The notes: generated by a model from the sequence alone, not told the origin. A stretch of DNA of 63,972 bases, filler included, from Octopus bimaculoides (GCF_001194135.2; 4 parts of 3 records of this genome joined end to end with filler, not necessarily neighbours in it); one strand, 5' to 3'. Counted from the first letter of the whole stretch, positions 1 through 12,022 are shown. A program made the numbers and translations.

Positions 1-799
1 TATATACTCTTTTACTTGAAGCAAATTTTTGGGTTGATATTTCTAAAAGGTGAAGTGACCTTGCAGAAGCTTTTCCATTGGTTGAGATGAAAACATGTCA
101 ATCACAACAGCAGGCTGGATCCAAACATAGGAAACAATTTAAGAAAATAATAAAAGCAAAATCTTAAATTGATGAATAAATTTGTTGAAGAAAATTCATA
201 AATTACAAATGGGAAACTTTTACATGGTTGTTTGGCCTTCTAGAAACAGTAGCAAAATCTCCTTTCAAATCACCACATACCAATATGTATGTCTTGTATG
301 TAAAAAAAATAAAACACAGTTACAAGCAGAGTGCCCTTCCTCATAAGAGTGCTCAATTACAGATGACCTAGGGTTAAATAGCAATTACACGGATATCTAT
401 AAGATTGTACTTTCCATCATATGTTCATAGTGATTGTATAAACAGAAATTCACTTTAAAGTCAGTTAATTATGGTGATATGTTATGATTCTGGAGCCAGA
501 TGACTCATTAGTCAACAATCAGATAAAACAAGAATGACCTCACATAGCCAGATACAACACTGGTTACCATCACCACCTCCCTGCTTTGTTGAGCTGTCTT
601 TTGCTGTCTGATTCATAAATCATATGAAGGAAAACCACAACTATTGTAAACCCTAACTAAATTTCAGAAAAGGAATTTTATGTCGGTCCTTACGTCATAT
701 CCACCACTGCCATTGGAATTGTGCTCAGTGTATAAGAATACCAAGGGGATAAAACCAAAATTCTTCTATTAAATCACTTGTGAAGCAACAACTTACAAA

Positions 800-1205
800 T
801 TATTACATATTTATTCTTTTAATGGTTTCAGTCATCAGACTGCAGCCATGCTGGAGCACTGCCTTCAAAGGTTAATCAATCATACAAATACCAGCACTTA
901 TTTTCAGTCTGGTATTTATTGATCCTGTTTTATGGAATAGTTTTACTACTTTGGAGTAAAAGGACATAAAAGATAAAGATATATCTTGAGTTATCTCTTA
1001 CTTGTTTCGGTCATTAGACTGCACCCATGCTAGGGTAATGCCTCAAAGAACTTTTAGTCAAATGAATAGAATAGACCCGAGTACCTTTTTTTAAGCCTTG
1101 TACTTATTCTGTTGGTCTTTTTTTTTTTTGCAAAACTGCTAAGTTATAGGGATGTAAACATACCAACACTGGTTATCATGTGGCAGTGGGAGATAAACAG
1201 AGATG
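800..1205 (-). mobile_element. Degenerate 3' parts of CORE-type SINE family B (two overlapping tails)
   Basis: Reverse complement of the tail GGTGCTCCAGCATGGCYGCAGTC...GACTGAAAC, present twice (about 825-870 and 1000-1045), plus SINE body. Confidence 0.75.
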
Positions 1206-1223
1206 CAAAGACACACACACACA

Positions 1224-1429
1224 CATGAGGGGTGCTGAAAAGCTCCTGGCTTTGGGTAAAAGTGAATACAAGAAGATCAGTTAATTATGATTTTATTTAA
1301 GAGATTCCTCTCTTTATTACAGTGATCCTTCAGCTTTTCTAAGCCCTGTAAAAGGACTCAGAAAGTTGGGCTTCCAACCAGGCCTTCTGCAATACCCTCA
1401 AAGCCAAGAACTTTTTAGCACCCCCTTGT
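1224..1429. mobile_element. Mariner-derived MITE
   Basis: TIRs GAGGGGTGCTGAAAAGCTCCTGGCTTT / AAAGCCAAGAACTTTTTAGCACCCCC; same family as 14034-14253. Confidence 0.8.
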
Positions 1430-1627
1430 TTGTGTGTGTGTGTGATTCCATTTTGTGATGTTTTTATGCAAATTATTTACTAAACCATAATTAGCTTTAG
1501 TGATAATATAGGTATGTTTGTCATATGTAAGGTAAACAAAAAATCATATGTCCAGATCCAGATCAAAAGTTTTATTTAGTTGGTTTTACAGTCAACTGTA
1601 CTCGGAGACAGGCTCGACAAGAAACAA

Positions 1628-1730
1628 ATCATCATCATCGTTTAACGTCCGCTTTCCATGCTAGCATGGGTTGGACGATTTGACTGAGGACTGGTGAAAC
1701 CAGATGGCTACACCAGGCTCCAATCTGATT
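1628..1730 (-). mobile_element. Probable RTE-type LINE 3' end fragment
   Basis: (ATC)n tail followed by GTTTAACGTCCGCTTTCCATGCTAGCATGGGTTGGACG, resembling octopus RTE 3' ends as I recall them (not searched). Confidence 0.55.
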
Positions 1731-1770
1731 CTATCAATACTGATCTCTTCCATGTGTTATGAAAAACCTA

Positions 1771-2167
1771 TAGGTGCAGACATGGCTGTGTGGTAAGAAG
1801 CTTGCTTCTCAATCACATGGGTCCAGGTTCAGTCCCACTGCATGGTACCTTAGGCAAGTGTCTTTAACTATAGCCTCATGTTGAACAAAACCTTGTAAGT
1901 GGATTTGGTAGAGGGAAACTGAAAGAAACCTGTCATATATATGAATATATCTAAGTGTGTGTGTGTGTGTGTCTGTGTTTAACCCCACCACTACTTAACT
2001 GGTGTTAGTGGGTTTATGTCCTGTAACTTAGCAGTTCAGCCTAAGAGACCGATAGAATATGGACTAGACTTGAAAATAAGTCTTGGGGGTTGATTTGTTT
2101 GACTAGAACCTGCGAAGGCAGTGCACAAGCATGACCAAAGTCAAATGGCTGAAACAAATAAAAGATA
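1771..2167 (+). mobile_element. tRNA-derived CORE-type SINE, family B, near full length
   Basis: A/B-box-like head (TGGCTGTGTGG...GGTTCAGTCCC), CORE-like CCTTAGGCAAGTGTC, internal (TG)n, LINE-like tail. Confidence 0.85.
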
Positions 2168-3094
2168 TCAATATTGATCTTGTCCATGTATTATAAAAAA
2201 AAAAATGTCCTATCAATAATGATCTCTTACATCTTATACACATCACAAACTCAGAACAGTAAACAATAGAAAATGTTCTAATTACATAAAGAAAGAAAAA
2301 CTGTAGAATTGAAAAAAAATGTCTTTTGTTTGAATTGTACAAATCAACTAAACTACCAAGCAAATAAAATAAAATAAAAAAAAAAGAGGAAAAAAATTCA
2401 AACTCACTCTCAGTTTTCCAAATCTCATCTTTCTTTTTGTAAACTTGTTCAATTGATGCTATGATGATGTCTAGATGTGAAGTAAGTGTTAGAAAAAGTT
2501 GATTGAATAAGGGTGAGAGATTAGCTCAATTTTATTAAATGGATATGATTGTTTTAACAAGTTTATAAAAAGCAATAGCATTGCCTCTCAGTGTAGATAT
2601 TAGATTTCATAATAAACCAACACAGCAGAAAAGCAACAATATTAATATATTTAATAGGAAAATAATATTAGGCATTTGGAATTCTTTAAACAGAAACTAA
2701 GAAATTAGTCTTAAAACTTGATGATGACAAAGATATATAGATAGTATGAAGATTCCATATTTAGGATGTTATGGCAATGCACTGGCTATTATGTTTTAGT
2801 ATATTATCATTAATTATTATTGTTAATTATTATTATTATTATTATTATTATCATTTCGCATGGTGGTTGATCTAATATTGTTATATTTAATACAACCACC
2901 TAATTGAGCCAACGAAGGAAGTTTTGTACAGTGACACAACCTGCTAGAAATAGCAGCCAGATCTCCCTCAGATCATACCCTAACGATTTTGAATAAGAGA
3001 TTAGATAATGTAGTCCTATTACACTCCTAAACGACAGAATGATCACAGTAGGAATATTTCTGACCATCGGTTTGCTCAATCAAGGTCGATTAAC

Positions 3095-3515
3095 AGAGTG
3101 CCCACATGGTATCCGAAAACATTTTTTCAAAAAAATGCATTTTTCAAAGAGGTGAGAAACTTCATTAGCCCCCCCCCCCGTTTTACGAGAAATATCGGTA
3201 CTTTTGGTCATCTCCCTCAACTAAAAAAAATTGTTTAACCCTCAATTAAACAAAACAAAAAAAAATTTTTTAATTAATAAACATGAAAAATGGAAAGAGG
3301 AAACATTGTTTTGAATCTGATAACATTTTTATAACAAATCATACGATTCCGATTGAGGAGGCCAAACGTTAACAATGTGTTGAAGTATTAAATCAAAGGA
3401 TCCAACTCTTTTAATCCAATCTCTTGTCGCCACATTAACTCTTTTTAGTGGGGAGATAGCCCAATTCTTTTAATGGGGGTGAGATAACCAAAATGTATCA
3501 TTTGCTGTATACTGT
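3095..3515. mobile_element. Non-autonomous DNA transposon (degenerate TIRs)
   Basis: CAGAGTGCCCACATGGTAT near 3095 versus ATCATTTGCTGTATACTGTA near 3498-3517; subterminal TTTTGGTCATCTCCC / GGTGAGATAACCAAAA. Confidence 0.5.
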
Positions 3516-3549
3516 ACTCAGGTTAATACAAAAAAAAAAAAAAAAGCCA

Positions 3550-3775
3550 TCGGTGTATATGGCGTAGTGGTTAAGAGTGCGGGCTACTAACCAAGATTCC
3601 GAGTTCGATTCCAGGCAGTGAGTAATAACATCGGAAAAATACCTTAGGAATTAGAACCCAGGTTCGAAATTCCCCCAGGACATCTTATGAAGGCCGGAGA
3701 GTACATCAGCCGAAACGTTGTATTAACAAAAAACAAGATGAGGACAAATATCTTGTCAAATGTTTAACCAATTAA
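3550..3775 (+). mobile_element. tRNA-derived SINE family C with degenerate hammerhead tail
   Basis: Head TGGCGTAGTGGTTAAGAGTGCGGGCTACTAACC...GAGTTCGATTCC. Tail CTTATGA-AGGCCG..CAGCC-GAAACGTT has the core mutated relative to the copies at 35.7-36.0 kb. Confidence 0.85.
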
Positions 3776-4194
3776 TAATACTAAACCATTATAAAAAGAA
3801 TATCTAAATTAGACTTCAGTGCATAGATAGAGACCACACAACAACAAAAATCAGAAGTCATACCTTGGATGGTGCTCCGGCAAATTCTTAACAGTAACTA
3901 ACTTTATTTTTAGTCAACTATTTTTTAAAAATATTAGTCGACTCATAGAATATGTAATAAAAACGGATTTCTATCTGCCACTAATCTTCAACTGCCATTT
4001 CCGCTCTTGTTATTACAATGGGGCAGTGAAGGCGCATCAGTGATGACTAAAATGATACATATAATATACTTTAAATAAAACTGCAAAACTTGAGCAGGGA
4101 CTAAAAATTTAACGAAAATACACTAATGAATTAAGATATTAAAAATGAAGAAATATTAGTTGAATCACAAGATATTTATCAAACAAACTTCTAC

Positions 4195-4254
4195 CTGTAA
4201 CTGATATTCTACTCCAATTTTCGCTCTTTCGTTATTGCAATGAAGCATTAGAAT
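4195..4254 (-). other. Putative 60-nt exon
   Basis: Acceptor tttctgccttAG and donor CAG|GTAGAA. One open frame (ILMLHCNNERAKIGVEYQLQ), which I do not recognise. Confidence 0.25.
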
Positions 4255-5876
4255 CTAAGGCAGAAATTGTAAAGTTTATAACTAAATGCCCTACTGTATT
4301 TAGTATTAAATTCAAAACCTGCAGTCAGAGCTATGTTAACAGCATTATAGGCTCCCATGCAAAGCAATCTATTGCGCGCCTAGACATGTGGGGACCCTAC
4401 CAAGCAACCACCGAGTGTGACCATGCCATAAGACGGCATTACCTGCAGGCATTTACTATGTAGTAACGCCGTAACTTTCCTATAACTATACCTTTCATTC
4501 TTTAAAAATCAATATAATAAACAAGCGTATATTGGAGGTAAGGGGAAGATTGATGCAATCAACGGAGAGTGCATGTATGTAGTCTCTAGAACAGTTTAAA
4601 ATAGCAACTATATTACACCATACAGTCCTAAAAATATCGAAGGACACTTCAAACAAATGAAGTTTTAGATATACAAAATGATGGACAATCACAGCTGTAA
4701 TAATGGTTTTGACCACAAATCTGGTCGACTAAAAACAATAACAAAAAAAAAAAAGAAAAAATCAACGCATTTATGATCACAACATAAATGTTGTGTACGG
4801 CCTAAACTGTACGACCGCCCTACTGCAAACAATGAATTAATGAAAATATAAGCTGAATCAAGACATTTCGCTATAAGCAAACTAACTACTCAATAACTTG
4901 CCTTACATGAAAATTTTTTTTTTTAATTAAAAAAATAGACTTGTCTTACATCTTTCATGACTTCAAATTTTAATAAAAAGATTTATTAAATTTTAAAAAC
5001 ATTTAGTAAGCAACTTAACCACCTCTTCAGATACCTTGTTGCTTTACTGATGCGGATTGTTTGTGTTAATTTGCCCCAGTCAACTTCATAGAGCAGGCCT
5101 GTTACTTAAGACGTTCCACTGGGACCATCTTGTCTTTTCACGGGTATCTAAGAATACATTAACCAATGCGCCTTTCCAGTTTTTAAGACGATGATGGAAT
5201 TTAAAGATTTGGCTGCCATTTTTAGTAAGTCGAGCAACCATGTAGGGGCTCCCTTGTTGGCGCGCTATACATGTGGTGACCATGCATGGCTGATTATATT
5301 TTAGCCATGATTTCATTGTATCAGATGTCACGAAGAGTTCTTTAATTGTAAATGAGACTCAGTAAGAGATTTAATTCAATGTGATATTCAATTGATTTTA
5401 ATGAATATTCTTTCTAATTTTGGCATAAGGACACACATATTAGTATAATATGCATTGATTCCAAATACTAGATAGATGAATTCTTACACTGGTGCAGGGT
5501 CACACTTTTGGGGAGTGTTATAGATACAAGCGATTAAAAGCGACACTGTTTACAATTGGTATATTCATTTATCAATCGCGAAATGAGAAAATGTTGAGTT
5601 TTATTCTGGCAGCTTTTGAATTCAAAAGTGTAGAGGAACGTCACTAAATATTAATTACAAAGCAGTAAGTCTGGCTCTCAACCGCTTCGGCCAAATCGTT
5701 TCTAGTGTTAGAACTGGGCAGAGGGAATGTTTGTTTCAGGGAAGCGTTATGTATACTAAATACACTTAATGTAGAATCTCACACATGCAAAGTAGTCAGC
5801 TGAAAAACTGAGATTAGAGATTATCTCTGTTAATTGAAGTTCTTCAACTTACTGTTATTGCATATGTGAGATTCTT

Positions 5877-6000
5877 TTCTACTCTAGGCACAAGGCCCAA
5901 AACTTTTGGGGAGGGGGGGGCAGTCGATTAGAACGACCTCAGTACGCAACTGACACTTAATTTATCGACCCCGGCGGAATTTGAGCTCAGAACATAAAGG
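5877..6000 (-). mobile_element. SINE family A fragment (internally deleted)
   Basis: Reverse complement of family A tail and body (TTCTACTCTAGGCACAAGGCC...GGCGGAATTTGAGCTCAGAAC). Confidence 0.75.
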
Positions 6001-6455
6001 CATATATGGGATTCTGCAACATTTCTAATATCGATACAAAAGTGGAAAGAGTATCAGAAAAACAGGCGAGAGGTTAACAGTTTATATTACAAAATTATTT
6101 TATCTCACATGGATATAAGTCTGCGAGACAACGCTAAGAGTCTGTGGCAAAAACATTTTCAACACTTCAATATAAGTACCACATTGTTCATCACTCAACA
6201 AAGGCATCATTGTAGATTTAATAAATGTTCCTCTGACTTAACACATTGCCGAATTCAACACACTATTGTAATTAAGTACATAGTATTTTGGGTTCTAGTT
6301 AACAACACAAAATACAGATGTAAAAGAAAAAAAAAGCAGGATACGAGAGAGAAAGAGAGAGAGTGGAAGTGTCCAAGAATATCAATCAGATGATTCAATG
6401 AGACAGAGACGTGGTATAACTGGAAAAAATGGAAGTCTTCCAGTCAACTACTTAC

Positions 6456-6492
6456 GTACCATAGGACTGCCGCGATCAGAGCTGATCTACGG
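6456..6492 (-). other. Putative 37-nt exon
   Basis: Acceptor ttgtgtAG, GC-rich body, donor TAC|GTAAGT. Coding status unknown. Confidence 0.3.
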
Positions 6493-7708
6493 CTACACAA
6501 TATACAATATGCCTTAGTACACAATTGTAAAACTATTTTATAACCAGTTATGATAATTTTAGATAACAGTAATAAGTTAATTCCCAAATAGATGAGATCG
6601 CGTAAATAATTCGATTCTATAAAAAAAAAGTTATACTTCAAAAGAAAACAAAATAAGCAACAAGTATTTAAAATCCATCTGAAATTAATAAACACTAGTT
6701 TACTTTAAGCTTGTTTTCATATCCATATTTACTTTCATCACATGCAGTAATGCCGAGAATGTTTTAGAGTGTCTAATTAAACTTTTTTTAAAGGGCAACA
6801 ATAGTTTCTTCAAGCGTAATGTATGACAGAGAGAGAGTGTGTGTGTGTGTGTGTGCATGTCTAATAATAATTTATTTACTAATTTCTCTTTTTTCTTTCT
6901 GTCTATTTACATACCGTTTACTTTAGCAAATTATGTTCAGAAAGTAGGTTAAAAGTTGTATTTTATTGTTCGAAATTATACTGATTGACAAATGTTTTCG
7001 TGTTGATCAAATACAAACTTTAAAAGTACTTTGGATCGGTGAAAAACATTAAAAAAAACACTTTTTTGTGATTATAAAATTAATCACAATTAATTACAAT
7101 TTACCAGGCAAACTTAACAAAATACATATAAAATCGAAGTATAATTAACATTGCTACGCTGTTTTTTATATTGTTATTTTTTTCTAAAATTCATTGTTAA
7201 AGTAGAGAAGAAACTTTGTACATCTAAAGCTTAACTGTAAATAACATAACTAATAAAGTGATTACGAGTAAGTAATCAAATAGTAAGATTGTTGGCTAAG
7301 TTTCACACTTAGGAAAACAAAAATATGACTTTAAAATAAGAAAATAAGCGATATTTATATCTTTTGATATCCTGTGAGCTTTTACTAAAAAATACCACGG
7401 AGTAAACTATGACAATGCCTATAAAGAGAAATGAGCTCATACATCTATATTTTGTTCACATATAAAATTAAAAAATGATATACAAAAACTAACACTTCAG
7501 ATTTATTTTAACTTTTAAATGAATTAGACACATATGCAGAATTCATTTTACTAATTTACAATACTATTAAATTTCAAAATTCGATTGTTAAATATGTAAG
7601 TCAAGTTTTAAATGAAGTAACACGAAAATACAGAAAAGACATGAATAAAAAGAAAAGATGCAATAATTCACGTAGAAATGTTAGAAGTTGTAAAGAAATA
7701 ATTCTTAC

Positions 7709-7790
7709 CTTACTTCGAATGTCAACACAAACTTGCTAGTAAGTTTGGGTACTGACGAAAGCGACTTTTGACGAATTGGAGAAAGAAAAG
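7709..7790 (-). other. Putative non-coding first exon (5'TOP-like)
   Basis: Starts with a pyrimidine tract, has no ATG, and ends at a canonical donor (GT at 7708-7707). Confidence 0.35.
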
Positions 7791-8072
7791 TTCGACTGAG
7801 AAAGTGTTTAAGACTGAAAGGGTACGAAACTGTAATGAAACAGTGCTGACAACATGAATAAATAGTATATTCAAATGAGGTCGCAGCTGCTGATTACATT
7901 CGTAAGTAGGCGGAGCTTATAGAAAGTGGAAATAGAACGTAATCAACAAGTGACCATTTGCAGCGTCTCTCAGAGACGGATATTTACTTGTTTGGCCTTC
8001 ATTAGACATAATGTCCCACCTTAATTAAAACATAGCTAAAATGACTTTCACACGGAAACATAACACTTCCGG
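7778..8072 (-). promoter_or_regulatory. Putative housekeeping-type promoter (ETS site, GC-box-like motif, TCT/TOP initiator)
   Basis: CCGGAAGTG on - at 8072-8064; GGCGGAGC near 7909-7916; minus-strand CTTTTCTTTCTCC at 7790-7778 contains TTCTTTCT, matching the YYCTTTYY TCT motif; strong donor AAG|GTAAGA at 7709/7708. Confidence 0.4.
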
Positions 8073-8224
8073 AACGTTTATCTTATTTATGTTTTTTGAT
8101 AACTGAAAATAAGTTTACGCCTTTGTTTTACTAATTTTATTTCTACTGTATTTTATGTATATATTTATATTTTATACAGGTTTTGGTAAGCAATAATGCT
8201 ATTCTTTTATACATACGCGTGAGT

Positions 8225-8487
8225 GACTAAGTTTATACTCTTTTATTCTTTTACTTGTTTCAGTCATTTGACTGCGGCCATGCTGGAGCACCGCCTTTAG
8301 TCGAGAAAATCGACCCCAGGATTTATTCTTTGTAAGCCTAGTATTTATTCTATCGGTCTCTTTTTGCCGAACCGCTATGTTGCGGGGACGTAAACACACC
8401 AACATCGGTTGTCAAGCGATGGTGGGGGGGGGGACAAACACAAACACACATACATATATATATATATATATACATATATACGACGGG
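8225..8487 (-). mobile_element. SINE family B, 3' half (runs into gap)
   Basis: High identity to the tails and bodies of the other family B copies. Confidence 0.9.
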
Positions 8488-9744
8488 NNNNNNNNNNNNN
8501 NNNNNNNNNNNNNNNNNNNNNNNNNNNNNNNNNNNNNNNNNNNNNNNNNNNNNNNNNNNNNNNNNNNNNNNNNNNNNNNNNNNNNNNNNNNNNNNNNNNN
8601 NNNNNNNNNNNNNNNNNNNNNNNNNNNNNNNNNNNNNNNNNNNNNNNNNNNNNNNNNNNNNNNNNNNNNNNNNNNNNNNNNNNNNNNNNNNNNNNNNNNN
8701 NNNNNNNNNNNNNNNNNNNNNNNNNNNNNNNNNNNNNNNNNNNNNNNNNNNNNNNNNNNNNNNNNNNNNNNNNNNNNNNNNNNNNNNNNNNNNNNNNNNN
8801 NNNNNNNNNNNNNNNNNNNNNNNNNNNNNNNNNNNNNNNNNNNNNNNNNNNNNNNNNNNNNNNNNNNNNNNNNNNNNNNNNNNNNNNNNNNNNNNNNNNN
8901 NNNNNNNNNNNNNNNNNNNNNNNNNNNNNNNNNNNNNNNNNNNNNNNNNNNNNNNNNNNNNNNNNNNNNNNNNNNNNNNNNNNNNNNNNNNNNNNNNNNN
9001 NNNNNNNNNNNNNNNNNNNNNNNNNNNNNNNNNNNNNNNNNNNNNNNNNNNNNNNNNNNNNNNNNNNNNNNNNNNNNNNNNNNNNNNNNNNNNNNNNNNN
9101 NNNNNNNNNNNNNNNNNNNNNNNNNNNNNNNNNNNNNNNNNNNNNNNNNNNNNNNNNNNNNNNNNNNNNNNNNNNNNNNNNNNNNNNNNNNNNNNNNNNN
9201 NNNNNNNNNNNNNNNNNNNNNNNNNNNNNNNNNNNNNNNNNNNNNNNNNNNNNNNNNNNNNNNNNNNNNNNNNNNNNNNNNNNNNNNNNNNNNNNNNNNN
9301 NNNNNNNNNNNNNNNNNNNNNNNNNNNNNNNNNNNNNNNNNNNNNNNNNNNNNNNNNNNNNNNNNNNNNNNNNNNNNNNNNNNNNNNNNNNNNNNNNNNN
9401 NNNNNNNNNNNNNNNNTGAAAGTAGCGACGAAGTAGTTCGCGTGTTTGCTCGGCGATAGCCAAGGAAGAAAAGGATTATTGACCGGAAGCATGTGACCAT
9501 GCCGGTGTAAGGGGAAGAGAGAGAGTGGTAGAGGGAGAAACAAAGGGAGGAAGTAGAAGAATAGGTGAGCAACGAGAGGAAGAGAGAAAGAGAGGAAGTA
9601 CGAGGGGGAAAAAGAGATACGTAGTACTAACAGAGGAAGAACGAGAGGGGTAAAGCGAGATACGTAGTAGTAAAGAGGAAGAACGAGAGGGGGGAAAATG
9701 ATAGAGGAAGAGAAAGAGATAGAGTAGCGTCGGAAAATATGAAG

Positions 9745-9835
9745 TTACGAAGAGACCGAAGTAGGTGGAAATCTGATGGCGTAAGATTGGGTGAATATGG
9801 AGGGTGTATCAAAACTTGCCAATCAAGCTCCAGTA
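9745..9835 (-). mobile_element. Mariner transposase C-terminal fragment
   Basis: HPPYSPNLTPSDFHLLRSL, the mariner YSPDLAPSD motif. Confidence 0.8.
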
Positions 9836-10019
9836 ATCTCTGCCACGACTACAAAGAAGTGCGCGGCCTAATATTGTCGTGCTGAAAACATTACGATTAA
9901 CAAGTACTGAACGCACACACACACACACATTTTCATTGTGTGTGTGTGTGTGCGCGCGCGCGTATGTATGAATGCCTGTATATACATATAGAAACTTGCA
10001 GGAAGCTATACTCTGTGCA

Positions 10020-11031
10020 CGGAGATGATGTTATGGAACGTGTGTAACAGAAGTGGTTGTCAAGATTTCGATCGTGAAATTTCTCGGTCCTCATCCTGGC
10101 CGGTCAACTGAGATAAACAACGATAAACTGGAGGAGTTAGTCGATACCAATCCCTTTTATTCGACTAGGATGATTGCTGATATTCTCCGAATATCAAAAT
10201 TACGTTTTGAAAACCAGCTGCATAAACGTGGTTGCGTGAGCAGGCTCAATATTTGGGTCCTACATCAACCGAATGAGGCTAACCTCGTCCAGCGGTTTTC
10301 CATCTGCGATTCGTTGCAGAAATGTGAAGGAAACGATCTTTTGACAAGAGACGAAAATAGATCGAATGGTGACAGGAAACGAAAAATGGATCGTCTTTAA
10401 CAATCTCAAGCGCGGCGAGCCACCAAAAACAGCCTCCAAAACAAGACCCGAAAAAGGTTATATTTTCAATTTGGTGTCTTTTACGAGTTTCTTCCCGCGG
10501 ACAGGACCATCAGTCCGGGTGTTTACTGTGACCAGCTGGGCAAATTAAATGCAGGATTCATCAGAAGCCACTAGCGTAGCGTACAGCAGGCCTAAAAGTG
10601 TCGCCCTTTTAAAAGTGCCGCCCAGGGCGGACCGCCCTACCCCCACCCCAGCTACGCTAGTGCCAGAAGAGTCCAGCACTTGTTAATCGTAATGTTTTCA
10701 TCACGACAATGTTAGACCGCATACTTCTTTGTAATCTTGGCAGAGGTTACTGGAGCTTGATTGGCAAGTTTTGACGCACCCTCCATATTACGCCTTCAGA
10801 TTTCCACCTGCTTCGGTCTCTTCAAAATTCATTGAGTAGACAGACCTGGAAGAGTTTTTCGTCAACAAAGACGGTAAATTCTTTAAACACTGAATAATGG
10901 CTCAGCCCACAAGATGGTAGATGATGCTAGAACGAAACGGTAATTATATCAGTGATTGAATAAATCGCTTTGTGTTTAAAACTTGTGTCTTATTTTCGCT
11001 TAAAAAACGAACGGAGTTTTTGGTCAACCCA

Positions 11032-11032
<1 letters not shown>
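10020..11032 (+). mobile_element. Decayed mariner element
   Basis: HTH region (GRSTEINNDKLEELVDTNP..STRMIA), WVLHQ, VTGNEKWI, HPPY-like motif, right TIR AAAAACGAACGGAGTTTTTGGTCAACCCA. Confidence 0.85.
10569..10662. mobile_element. Small MITE nested in the mariner (Harbinger-like TIR)
   Basis: Perfect 12-bp TIR CACTAGCGTAGC / GCTACGCTAGTG around a GC-rich core. Confidence 0.7.
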
Positions 11033-11068
<36 letters not shown>

Positions 11069-11117
11069 TTACATTAGCGTGCATTCTACTGCAGTATCCG
11101 TAGTCTACGCAATGCAA

Positions 11118-11274
11118 GCGCGGTCCCAGGAATTTTTCGAAGGGAGAGTACAAGGTCAGAAGGGAATACGATTCCAGGAGAAAAGGGCATAACATTATTT
11201 AGAAGGGCGCACTTCTTTTCTTGAGTGGGGAACGTGCCCTCGGGCCCTTCCCAACCCCGGGGTCCGCCCATGCA
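11118..11274. mobile_element. Harbinger-like MITE
   Basis: Degenerate TIRs CAAGCGCGGTCCCAGG / CCCCGGGGTCCGCCCATG. Confidence 0.5.
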
Positions 11275-11859
11275 ATGAAATGACCTGATCTGAGTTAAAG
11301 TTAGGGTTAAGGTTTAGGATTAGGGTTACAGTTAGTGTTAGACTGCACGCTGAAGTGTAAATGGCTACGAAGACCACATGCTAAAGTAGCACATATATAT
11401 ATATGGGGGGGGGGGTATGAGATAGAGAGGGGGAGAGAAAGAGAGAGAGAGAGAAATAACTGAGTGGCTAGTAGTATGAATTGAACAATAAAGGTATATT
11501 AAATACTATACAAGGTAAATTCTTGATGTTTGCATCGGGCGGAGGAAGACAAAGGCCAGTTAGCAAATGCGACCGACTCTGTATGAGAACGGTGATAATT
11601 TCAAGAATGAAGAATTTTCTGTAATTAGTATGCAGTTATGGAAATGACAGTTTGAAGTTTCTGGAAATAAAAGGACAACTATGGATATGTGTTTCTGTCT
11701 TAATAAATATCATCAGAAAATCAATCGTCCTATCTTGACTCCAACAAACATATGAATTATATACAAAAAGAGTAGAACCATATATAACCTACGATAATTT
11801 GCATAAAGGAAACTCAGAGGAGCAAGGAGAAATGACTCAGAGTGGATGGGCAGCATGAA

Positions 11860-12022
11860 TTTAATGTGGTTTTAGAGTGAAGCTTTGGCTGCTATATCTA
11901 GCATGGTGGTATCTCTTAGATACTCTTAATTATAATTTATCACCTTTGAGGTTTTATTCCCATGATGGCCACCTGATAAGATCGGTATTTTAAAAAAATC
12001 GATCTTATCCTTATTTATATAA
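11860..12022. repeat. One arm of a foldback (palindromic) repeat family
   Basis: Reverse complement of 47140-47315. Confidence 0.8.

Noticed and set aside
5277-5293. CATGCATGG-CTGA as a C/D snoRNA guide against 18S CCAUGCAUG
   Set aside because: Only 9 nt, palindromic, no convincing C box, and I know no methylation at that site.
5086-5331. 81-aa ORF (MTSDTMKSW...)
   Set aside because: No recognisable homology or supporting splice pattern; length is within chance expectation.
8350-9572. Long ORFs spanning N runs (also at 20.5, 23, 25.5, 38, 40.6, 52.2 and 58.6 kb)
   Set aside because: Artefacts of translating gaps as X.
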